Translations under genes and position numbers: made by a program | Shown: piece after piece, positions 1-8,126 of the stretch | Numbering within the stretch: the first letter of the stretch is position 1 | Layout: the number at the start of each line of letters is the position of its first letter | The notes under the pieces: generated by a model | What the model was told of the DNA's origin: nothing | The model's database searches: none | What the model saw: the letters and a program-made list of their open reading frames with translations, nothing else | Assembly: GCA_035400585.1 (NCBI GenBank) | Contig: DAOMZR010000001.1 | Span: forward strand, 63,347 to 127,346 | Direction: 5' to 3' | DNA: 64,000 nt | DNA from: a bacterium | GTDB taxonomy: Bacteria > Patescibacteriota > Patescibacteriia > Patescibacteriales > UBA12465

Positions 1-1
1 C

Positions 2-2227
2 ACTGCTTTTGTTTATGATCCAAGTGTTAGCGATGAAAATGAATTTGATTCTCGATTAAAACCATTTAGAAAAGTTAGTCGCAAAGAAGCTTATAATTGC
101 GATATAACTTACGGCACTAACAATGAATTCGGTTTTGATTATTTGAAAGACAACATGGTTTCTGATTTGAGTCGGATGGTTCAAAGAGATTTTTATTACG
201 CTATCGTTGATGAAATCGATTCTATCTTAATTGATGAGGCCAGAACTCCTTTGATTATTAGTGCTCCCGCCGAGGATTCTAATGATAAATATGCTCGTTT
301 TGCCGAATTAGTTAGAAATTTAAAAGAAAACGAAGATTATAATGTTGATGAAAAAATGAGAGCAGCCACTTTGACTGAGGAAGGTATCTCTAAAATGGAA
401 AAATGGTTGGGAGTTGAAAATATTTATGTCGCTGGAGGAGTTAAAGATGTTCATCACATTGAGCAAGCCTTGAAAGCTCAAGTTTTGTTTAAAAGAGATA
501 AAGACTACGTAGTAAAAGACGGCGAAATATTAATAGTTGATGAATTCACTGGACGTTTAATGCCCGGTCGTCGTTATAGCGAAGGTTTACATCAAGCTAT
601 TGAAGCTAAAGAGGGTGTAATAGTCCAAAGAGAATCACAAACCTTAGCAACAGTAACTTTTCAAAATTATTTTAGAATGTATCCCAAGCTTTCTGGTATG
701 ACTGGAACAGCGGTTACCGAAGCTGAAGAGTTTTATAAAATTTATAATTTAGAAACCATAATCATCCCTACAAACAAACCAAACATCAGGCAAGATGCCA
801 ATGATTTAATTTATAGAACTAAAGAAGGAAAATTCACGGCTGTAATTAGGGAGGTGAAAGAAAGAAATGAAAAAGGACAACCAGTTTTAATAGGTACTGT
901 TTCTATTGAAGATAATGAACTTTTAGGAACAATGATGGAAAGAGAGGGCTTGCACCCTAATATTTTAAATGCCAAGAATCACTTTAGAGAGGCTGAAATC
1001 ATTTCACAGGCCGGTAAGCCAGGAGCAATAACTATTGCTACTAATATGGCCGGTCGTGGTGTTGATATTATTTTAGGCGGAAATCCTCCAGTGAAAGAAG
1101 ATCAATCAAAGGTTAGAGAATTGGGTGGATTACATGTTATTGGTACTGAAAGACACGAATCTCGTCGTATTGATAACCAGCTTCGTGGTCGTGCCGGTCG
1201 TCAAGGCGATCCTGGATCTAGTCAATTTTACATCTCAGCTGATGATGATTTGATGAGAATATTTGGTGGCGACAGATTGAAGGCAATTATGAATACTTTA
1301 AAATTGCCAGAAGACATGCCAATTCAAAACAAGTTGGTTTCTAGTTCAATTGAATCAGCTCAAAAAAGAGTTGAAGGAAATAATTTTGATTTACGTAAAC
1401 ACGTAGTTGAATATGATGATGTTATTAATAAACATCGTGAGGCTATCTATAAAAAACGCCGCGAAATATTAAATTCTTATAATACTCAAAAAGAAAAATT
1501 AGAAAACACTGGTAGAGTTTTATCAGAAATTATTTTGGAAATGGTTGAAGACGAGATTGGGCAAACTGTTAGCTTTCACACTGCTTCCGAAGATATTAAA
1601 GAATGGAATTTAAAAGAAATTTCCGAAACCATCAATACTATTTTTTCTTTAAGCGGTGAACAGAAAAATAAAATATTATCATTTGAAAGTGACGGAAATC
1701 TTGAAAATTCTAGAAAAAATTTAAATGATTATTTAGTTTCTTTAGCTAGAGAAAATTATCAAAAAATGGCCGAAGGATTTAAAGATTTGGAAATAAATTT
1801 TATTGAAATTGAAAAAGGAATACTTCTTCGTTCAATTGACAATCTTTGGATTGAACATCTAGAAACGGTTGATTATTTAAGAAAGGGCATAGGACTTCGT
1901 GGCTATGGACAAAGAGATCCGTTAGTTGAGTATAAAAAAGAAGCCTATAGAATGTATCATGAATTGTTAGCTTTAATTCAGAAACAAGTAGCTTATTCCA
2001 TCTATAAAACTGGTGATGTTAGCAATTTTATAGCTCCTAGTATCATGGAAAGGGCTAGTAATTTTTCAGCCCCAGCCAAAGAAATGGCCAAAAGAACCGG
2101 AAACAGTACCGGAACTATAGATTTGGTAAAAGACAAAGTAAAAGACAGTGAGGGAAATAAGGTTGGCAGGAACGACCTTTGTCCTTGTGGTAGTGGTAAA
2201 AAATACAAGAAGTGTTGTGGAAAATAA
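2..2227 (+). CDS. secA: Preprotein translocase ATPase SecA, 5' end cut by the window edge
   Basis: The frame is open from nt 2. Translation upstream of the listed Met reads ...DITYGTNNEFGFDYLKDNMV. It continues through DEIDSILIDEARTPLIIS, MAGRGVDI and RIDNQLRGRAGRQGDPG. The C-terminal zinc finger is CPCGSGKKYKKCCG. Confidence 0.95.
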   Translation, partial: TAFVYDPSVSDENEFDSRLKPFRKVSRKEAYNCDITYGTNNEFGFDYLKDNMVSDLSRMVQRDFYYAIVDEIDSILIDEARTPLIISAPAEDSNDKYARFAELVRNLKENEDYNVDEKMRAATLTEEGISKMEKWLGVENIYVAGGVKDVHHIEQALKAQVLFKRDKDYVVKDGEILIVDEFTGRLMPGRRYSEGLHQAIEAKEGVIVQRESQTLATVTFQNYFRMYPKLSGMTGTAVTEAEEFYKIYNLETIIIPTNKPNIRQDANDLIYRTKEGKFTAVIREVKERNEKGQPVLIGTVSIEDNELLGTMMEREGLHPNILNAKNHFREAEIISQAGKPGAITIATNMAGRGVDIILGGNPPVKEDQSKVRELGGLHVIGTERHESRRIDNQLRGRAGRQGDPGSSQFYISADDDLMRIFGGDRLKAIMNTLKLPEDMPIQNKLVSSSIESAQKRVEGNNFDLRKHVVEYDDVINKHREAIYKKRREILNSYNTQKEKLENTGRVLSEIILEMVEDEIGQTVSFHTASEDIKEWNLKEISETINTIFSLSGEQKNKILSFESDGNLENSRKNLNDYLVSLARENYQKMAEGFKDLEINFIEIEKGILLRSIDNLWIEHLETVDYLRKGIGLRGYGQRDPLVEYKKEAYRMYHELLALIQKQVAYSIYKTGDVSNFIAPSIMERASNFSAPAKEMAKRTGNSTGTIDLVKDKVKDSEGNKVGRNDLCPCGSGKKYKKCCGK

Positions 2228-2375
2228 AAAAATGGAATAAAAGGGTGGGTTTAAAAAAATGATTATTCTTGATGAGCCGTAATTTTTTAAATATATTTTC
2301 TTAAAAATTTTTTTTCAAGAATTATATAATTTCTAAGCAATATAATTAATTTTTTATAAAACTAAAATCATTTTT

Positions 2376-3479
2376 ATGATTTGCATTAAAAGGAAGAGGG
2401 CCTTCACCCTCATCGAACTCCTAGTAGTAATAGCCATAATAGGCATACTAGCAACACTTGCAGTAGTAGCCCTACAACAAGCAAGATCTAGAGCTAGAGA
2501 CTCTAAAAGAATGGCTGACATGAAACAAGTTCAAACTGCTCTAGAACTGTTTTTTAATGAAAATGGCAGATACCCTACTACTGATGAATGGAGTAGTGGC
2601 ACCATTATATCTTCTTCTAGCGGTGAAACATTTATGTATTCCATTCCTTCTGCCCCTTCTCCTGCCGATGGTGATTGTCTAGAAGCCTCTAATACTTATG
2701 TCTACACCCCTCAAAACAATGGAGCCAGTTATACTATTGATTTTTGTACCGGCAAACAAGTATCAGATTTACCCGAAGGAGCCAAACAGATGACACCAGG
2801 AGGAATAATTTTAGCTAGTGGTGGTTCAGGTGGAGGTGGTGGAACAACTACTTGTGAGCCTGCTTGTGGCGATGGTTACAATTGTGTAGATGGTTCTTGT
2901 GTTTTAGCTGGTAGTGATATTTATCACGTTGCAACAATTGCTGACAACTCAGTACCGTATTTAAAAAATTCTTATAATATTGCTATGAGCGGAAATTATA
3001 TCTTTATTACTGATTTTAGCAATCATTTGGAAGTTTTAGATATATCTAATCAAGGTAATCCAACACATAGCAATATGTTGAGTAATTTATATTCTCCCAG
3101 AACTATTTTTATTTCTGGTAATTTCGCTTATGTTGGTGGTGGGGAGGGTTTAATAATTATTGATATTTCTGATCCATCAAATCCGATTCAGCGAGGAACC
3201 GCCAACTTTGGCAATCTTAGTAATTCAAATTCTAGATTCTATGTTTCCGGTAATTATGTCTATAGCGTTGTTGATCAGTATTTTACAATTGTTGATGTTT
3301 CTGACCCTAATAATCCTTCTTTTGTAGCCGAGTTTAATAGATTTGATGACTTTAATCCAATTCCAGTTCTCGCTCAACCACAAGGAATAGTTATTAACGG
3401 GAATTATGCTTATGTTATAAATAATGGTTATAATCCAGGGGCGGGTATTTATAATGCGTTAGAAGTTTTTGATATTTAA
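2376..3479 (+). CDS. Type IV pilin-like N-terminal module fused to an LVIVD-repeat beta-propeller, first segment (ends at an in-frame TAA)
   Basis: Basic leader MICIKRKRA is followed by [17 protein letters not shown], a prepilin cleavage/methylation-type motif with Glu at +5. Next come a Gly-rich stretch and the 4-Cys linker CEPACGDGYNCVDGSCV. Four blades of the form SGNYxYV...L.V.DIS.P.NP follow. Confidence 0.8.
   Translation: MICIKRKRAFTLIELLVVIAIIGILATLAVVALQQARSRARDSKRMADMKQVQTALELFFNENGRYPTTDEWSSGTIISSSSGETFMYSIPSAPSPADGDCLEASNTYVYTPQNNGASYTIDFCTGKQVSDLPEGAKQMTPGGIILASGGSGGGGGTTTCEPACGDGYNCVDGSCVLAGSDIYHVATIADNSVPYLKNSYNIAMSGNYIFITDFSNHLEVLDISNQGNPTHSNMLSNLYSPRTIFISGNFAYVGGGEGLIIIDISDPSNPIQRGTANFGNLSNSNSRFYVSGNYVYSVVDQYFTIVDVSDPNNPSFVAEFNRFDDFNPIPVLAQPQGIVINGNYAYVINNGYNPGAGIYNALEVFDI
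3477..3479 (+). other. Single in-frame TAA separating 2376..3479 from 3534..4964 (same reading frame)
   Basis: Both ORF start coordinates are divisible by 3. The read-through text is LEVFDI*NPLAISLVTRIVNGGAGGMVID. The stop occupies the Ser position of the recurring D(I/V)SNP blade motif. Confidence 0.9.
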
Positions 3480-3533
3480 AATCCTTTAGCCATTTCTCTT
3501 GTAACCAGAATTGTTAATGGTGGTGCTGGTGGA

Positions 3534-4964
3534 ATGGTGATTGATGTTCCTACTAACCTAACCATTTCTGGTAATTATTTGTATTTCGTTAACACTAATT
3601 ATTATGCCAATAGTGGTAGCATGGATTTGTCTCTGGAAATTATGAATATTTCTAATCCAGGGTCACCTGTGCATGTTAATAATTTTAATTTAAATAATAC
3701 GGAGTTTCCGGTTGGAATGAAAATAACAAACAATAAAGCTTATATTGCCTCGGTTGATTATGCTCTACAAGATTCAGGAACAGTTACAACCATTGATTTA
3801 AGCAATGTTAGCAATCCTGTTAAGTTGGATGAGATAAGAAATGGTGAAGATGGAGCAGAGATTTTTCCCACCAGTGGACTGGAAGTTTCTGGTAATTATG
3901 TTTATATTAGCAATTCCAATTATTCGGTTGAGGTTTTAGACGTCTCTAATCCTTCACAAATACAACATCATGATATTATAAGACACGGAGAAGAAGGAGT
4001 GTTGTTGGAGTATCCTGCCACGGTTTTTTATTCTAATGATTATGTTTATGTTGGAAGTGATGTTGGTTTACAAATATTCAATGTTTCCAATAAAAGCAAT
4101 CCGATTAAGGCTGGAAATATAGTTGATAAAAATAATAATGCCAAGTTAGACTCTCCTTACGGCATAGATGTTGTTGGTAATTACGCTTATATAGCATCTT
4201 ATCAGAGTGATGCTCTGGAAATAGTTGATATTAGCAATAAGGCCAATCCAGTGCATAAAGGATTTTTATCCAACTTGTCTGGCGGAGCAAAGCTTAACGG
4301 TCCATATTCCGTAAAAGTAAAAGATAATTACGCTTATCTTGTTAGCTATTATGATAGTGCCATGGAAGTTGTTAATGTTTCTGATCCAGCCAATCCTGTC
4401 CATGCAGCAAATATTGTTAATAATTATTCAACTGTTAATCTTTATCATCCTTATTCAATTTTTATTTCCGGCAATTATGCTTATGTGGCTGGGGTTAGGG
4501 GTTTGCAAATAATAGATATATCCAACCCATCTTCACCAATTGCTAAAGATAGTTTTTTGGATGGCGATGATGATATTTATTTTGAGCCTTGGTCAGTTTT
4601 TGTGAGCGGAGATTATGCCTATTTAGCTAGTTATTGGCCAGGCAAATTGGTTATTTTAAATATATCAGATCCAAATAATATTGTTTTTGCTGGCGAACTA
4701 AATCATGGAACAGATAATGCTAATTTAGAATGCGCTAACAGTATTTATGTTTCTAATAATTATGCCTATATAACCAACGATTGTGATTATGCTTTGGAGG
4801 TTGTTAATGTGTCTAATCCATCAACGCCAACACACGTTACTAAAATAGATAATTCTACTGGTGCCGAATTTGAAGGGCCAATATCTGTTTCGGTTAACAA
4901 TGGCTACGCTTTTATAGCCTCTAATTATAATAATATTTTTGAAGTAATAAAAGTTCCTAATTAA
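3534..4964 (+). CDS. LVIVD-repeat beta-propeller, continuation of 2376..3479 (no leader of its own)
   Basis: Ten further blades are present, for example SGNYVYISNSNYSVEVLDVSNPSQ, VGNYAYIASYQSDALEIVDISNKANP and SGNYAYVAGVRGLQIIDISNPSSP. The frame matches the upstream ORF. There is no signal or leader sequence. Confidence 0.7.
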   Translation: MVIDVPTNLTISGNYLYFVNTNYYANSGSMDLSLEIMNISNPGSPVHVNNFNLNNTEFPVGMKITNNKAYIASVDYALQDSGTVTTIDLSNVSNPVKLDEIRNGEDGAEIFPTSGLEVSGNYVYISNSNYSVEVLDVSNPSQIQHHDIIRHGEEGVLLEYPATVFYSNDYVYVGSDVGLQIFNVSNKSNPIKAGNIVDKNNNAKLDSPYGIDVVGNYAYIASYQSDALEIVDISNKANPVHKGFLSNLSGGAKLNGPYSVKVKDNYAYLVSYYDSAMEVVNVSDPANPVHAANIVNNYSTVNLYHPYSIFISGNYAYVAGVRGLQIIDISNPSSPIAKDSFLDGDDDIYFEPWSVFVSGDYAYLASYWPGKLVILNISDPNNIVFAGELNHGTDNANLECANSIYVSNNYAYITNDCDYALEVVNVSNPSTPTHVTKIDNSTGAEFEGPISVSVNNGYAFIASNYNNIFEVIKVPN

Positions 4965-4977
4965 TTTTTATAAAACT

Positions 4978-5418
4978 ATGCAACAAACAAAAAAAATTTA
5001 TCGATCACGCGATGATCGTATAATATTTGGTGTTTGCGGAGGTATCGCCAAATATTTTGAGGTTGATGTCTTGATAGTTCGTTTAATTTTTCTGGCCCTA
5101 GTTTTTGGTGGTGGCTCGGGGCTTATAATTTATTTAATTTGTGCTCTTTTAATACCATCAGAGGATAAAAAAAATAATAATGGCTTTGTTAATGAAGAAA
5201 AAGCCGAAGAATTCGTTGAAAAAATAGGGGAAAAAATAAAAGATTTAAGCTCGGAAACAAAAAAAGGCGATTGGAGATTTTTATTCGGAATGCTTTTGGT
5301 TTTGGCTGGTTTTATTTTTTTAATTGATAATATTTTTGATTTAAGAAATTTTTGGTCTAATTTTTGGCCAATATTTTTAGTTTTAGTTGGTTTGATTATT
5401 CTTTTTAAAAGAAAATAA
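4978..5418 (+). CDS. PspC-domain membrane protein
   Basis: The N-terminus IYRSRDDRIIFGVCGGIAKYFEVDVLIVRLIFLAL matches the PspC domain pattern. Additional TM helices follow. Confidence 0.8.
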   Translation: MQQTKKIYRSRDDRIIFGVCGGIAKYFEVDVLIVRLIFLALVFGGGSGLIIYLICALLIPSEDKKNNNGFVNEEKAEEFVEKIGEKIKDLSSETKKGDWRFLFGMLLVLAGFIFLIDNIFDLRNFWSNFWPIFLVLVGLIILFKRK

Positions 5419-5443
5419 ATCTTTATAATTAATTTATAAAAAT

Positions 5444-6037
5444 ATGGAAGACAAATATGAACAAAAAGAAGAATTAAAAAATCAAGAAAATAAAGAAAAC
5501 AAAGTAGAAGAAGCAAAAATAGAGATTAAAAAAGAAAATAAAAAAGAAGAAAAAAAAGATAATTTTAAAGACTATAATGAGAAGATGGGTCTTAAATCTT
5601 TTTTTGGTTTATTAATTATTTTACTCGGACTATTTTATTTAGGCAGAAATATGGGTTGGTGGAATTTTCATTTTAATCAAGCTGTTTTTTGGCCATTAGT
5701 TTTAATGATGGTTGGTCTTTTAATTATCGGAAATCGCTTTATTCTAAGATGGCTACTTATTATGATTTCTCTTTTTGTGGCTGTCGTTTTGATATCCTCT
5801 CTATTTTTTTATGCTAAAGATAATAAAAAAATAGAAAAAGGACCAGAAAATCAAGTGAAAACCAGTGTTTATCAAACCAGTGCTTACCAAAACAATCGTG
5901 GTGATTATAATATCTATTTTTTTGGTAATTTAGAGAGGGGTGAGGTTGAGGCTAAAATTGAATCAATTTTAGATTCAATTTATGGATCAAATCGAGATGA
6001 CAAGCCTTATGTTGAAGTAAGAATAGATAAAAAATAA
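5444..6037 (+). CDS. Membrane protein with a Lys/Glu-rich N-terminus, function unknown
   Basis: Long ORF tightly packed after the PspC gene. It has a K/E low-complexity head, 3-4 hydrophobic helices and a small C-terminal domain. Confidence 0.5.
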   Translation: MEDKYEQKEELKNQENKENKVEEAKIEIKKENKKEEKKDNFKDYNEKMGLKSFFGLLIILLGLFYLGRNMGWWNFHFNQAVFWPLVLMMVGLLIIGNRFILRWLLIMISLFVAVVLISSLFFYAKDNKKIEKGPENQVKTSVYQTSAYQNNRGDYNIYFFGNLERGEVEAKIESILDSIYGSNRDDKPYVEVRIDKK

Positions 6038-6044
6038 AGAAATT

Positions 6045-7154
6045 ATGAAAATATTATATCTGATAACCAAAGCTGAAATTGGTGGTGCTCAGGTCTTTGT
6101 AGCTAATTTAAGTCGGAAATTTTATGCCTTAAGTCATCAGGTAATAGTGGCTTCTGGTCAAACAGGTTATTTATCTAATTTTGCTAAAAAAAATAATATA
6201 GATTTTAAATTAATAAAAGGATTGGAGAAGAGTTCCAATCCTTTTAATATTATTAAGTTTCTGTTTAATTTTTATCTTTTAATCAGGGAGGTTAAGCCGG
6301 AAATTGTCCATTTAAACAGTTCTAATGCTCTTTTAGGTGCTTTTATAGCTAAAATGACCAATATGAGCATTAAAACAGTTTTTACCGTTCATGGTCTTTC
6401 TGTTTTAGATCAAAATTATAAGAGTAATAGTTTAAAATCTTTAATCTTCAAAGTATTTTTTAAATTTGGTTTCTTCTTTGTTGATGAGCTGGTGTTTGTT
6501 AGTCAGAATAATTTCAAATCAGCTATAGACAGAAAGATGGTAATGTCAGGAAAAGTGGTGTATAATGGGGTTGAAACCAATTTTTTAAACAGAGAAGAGG
6601 CGAGGAAATATCTTTTTTCTAAAGCGGGAATTGAAAATCAGGATGTTTTTATTATTGGATCCATTGGTAGATTAGCTTATCCCAAAAATTATGAGTTTTT
6701 AATAGCTAATTTTGATAAAATATTAGAAGTTAAGCCCAATTCTAGACTAATTTTGATAGGTGATGGTCCAGAAGAAGTAAAATACAGGGAAATAGCTGAA
6801 AAATTTGCAGGAAAAATTAATTTTTTAGGCAAAATAGATAACGCCAGCAAATATTTAAAAGCTTTTGACTTATTTATTTTACCTTCTATTTATGAGGGGC
6901 TATCACTTTCTTTAATAGAGGCTTATATGTCTGGTATAAAAATTGTGGCCAGTGATGTTGGCGGTAATAGCGAGGTAATAGGCAGTGAAAACTGCTATAA
7001 GCTGGATAAAATAGATGATTTTATTAATGTTTTTAAGAAAAATATAAGTACTGAACAAAAAAGTTGTACAGACATAAATAAAAACAATTTAAATAGAGCT
7101 AAGTTTTCTTTAGATAAAATGTTTGAGAAATATCTGGAGATTTATAAAAAATAG
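6045..7154 (+). CDS. Glycosyltransferase, GT4 family
   Basis: N-terminal MKILYLITKAEIGGAQ. The C-terminal E-x7-E region reads PSIYEGLSLSLIEAYMSGIKIVASDVGGNSEVI. Confidence 0.85.
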   Translation: MKILYLITKAEIGGAQVFVANLSRKFYALSHQVIVASGQTGYLSNFAKKNNIDFKLIKGLEKSSNPFNIIKFLFNFYLLIREVKPEIVHLNSSNALLGAFIAKMTNMSIKTVFTVHGLSVLDQNYKSNSLKSLIFKVFFKFGFFFVDELVFVSQNNFKSAIDRKMVMSGKVVYNGVETNFLNREEARKYLFSKAGIENQDVFIIGSIGRLAYPKNYEFLIANFDKILEVKPNSRLILIGDGPEEVKYREIAEKFAGKINFLGKIDNASKYLKAFDLFILPSIYEGLSLSLIEAYMSGIKIVASDVGGNSEVIGSENCYKLDKIDDFINVFKKNISTEQKSCTDINKNNLNRAKFSLDKMFEKYLEIYKK

Positions 7155-7174
7155 ATTAATTTATTTAAAATATT

Positions 7175-8116
7175 ATGAGAATTTTAGTTAGTGGTGGCTC
7201 GGGCTTTATCGGTTCTTTTTTATGTGAAAAACTGTTGTCTGAAGGGCATCAGGTTGTTTGTTTGGATAATCTTTTTACTGGAAATAAGGAAAATATTGAA
7301 CATTTGAAAGATAATCCTAATTTTAGCTTTGTTTCGCATGATATTATAGAGCCTTTTTATATTGAAGACAAAATTGATCAGATATACAATCTAGCTTGTC
7401 CAGCTTCTCCTATCCATTATCAAAAAAATCCAGTTAGGACAATTAAGGCCAATACAATTGGTGTGATAAACATGTTGGGCTTGGCTAGGGCTCATCAGGC
7501 TAGTATTTTGCAAGCCTCAACCAGTGAGGTTTATGGAGATCCAGAAGTTAGCCCTCAAAGCGAGAATTATCGTGGGGCGGTCAACACTATTGGCCCCAGA
7601 GCTTGTTATGACGAGGGCAAAAGATGTGCGGAAACCTTATTTTTTGATTATAGAAGAATGCACGGCATGGATATTAAGGTTATTAGAATATTTAATACCT
7701 ACGGACCAAAAATGGCTCTAAATGATGGTCGAGTGATGTCAAATTTTATTGTTCAGGCTTTAAAAGGGGAGGATATAACAATTTATGGAGATGGTAGTCA
7801 GACCAGGAGTTTTTGTTATGTTGGTGATTTGGTGGATGGCATGATTAAAATGATGAATTCTGATTTAACAGGGCCAGTTAACTTGGGAAACCCTAATGAG
7901 ATAACTATTAAGACTCTAGCTCAAAGAATAATTGAAAAATTAAACAGTAAAAGCAAGTTAATATTTATGAACTTGCCAGAAGATGATCCTAAACAACGTT
8001 GTCCGGACATTTCTTTGGCTAAGAGTAAGCTAAACTGGGAACCTAAAGTTTCTCTGGATGAGGGATTGAATTATATATCTGATTTTTTTAGGCAAAAACT
8101 GGAGAACGAGAAATAA
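7175..8116 (+). CDS. UDP-glucuronate decarboxylase (UDP-xylose synthase), SDR family
   Basis: Motifs are [67 protein letters not shown] and [13 protein letters not shown]. Confidence 0.9.
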   Translation: MRILVSGGSGFIGSFLCEKLLSEGHQVVCLDNLFTGNKENIEHLKDNPNFSFVSHDIIEPFYIEDKIDQIYNLACPASPIHYQKNPVRTIKANTIGVINMLGLARAHQASILQASTSEVYGDPEVSPQSENYRGAVNTIGPRACYDEGKRCAETLFFDYRRMHGMDIKVIRIFNTYGPKMALNDGRVMSNFIVQALKGEDITIYGDGSQTRSFCYVGDLVDGMIKMMNSDLTGPVNLGNPNEITIKTLAQRIIEKLNSKSKLIFMNLPEDDPKQRCPDISLAKSKLNWEPKVSLDEGLNYISDFFRQKLENEK

Positions 8117-8126
8117 AATTTTTAAC

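Noticed and set aside
3477-3479. Alternative genetic code or stop-codon reassignment explaining the in-frame TAA
   Set aside because: TAA, TGA and TAG all terminate well-supported genes here. Examples are TGA at 11514-11516, 14283-14285 and 30160-30162, and TAG at 35538-35540. RF2 is also encoded. A single TAA in one gene is not evidence for recoding.
5130-5516. 128-aa minus-strand ORF spanning the PspC gene end and the next gene start
   Set aside because: It is an antisense shadow across two well-packed plus-strand genes, with low-complexity K/L/F composition.
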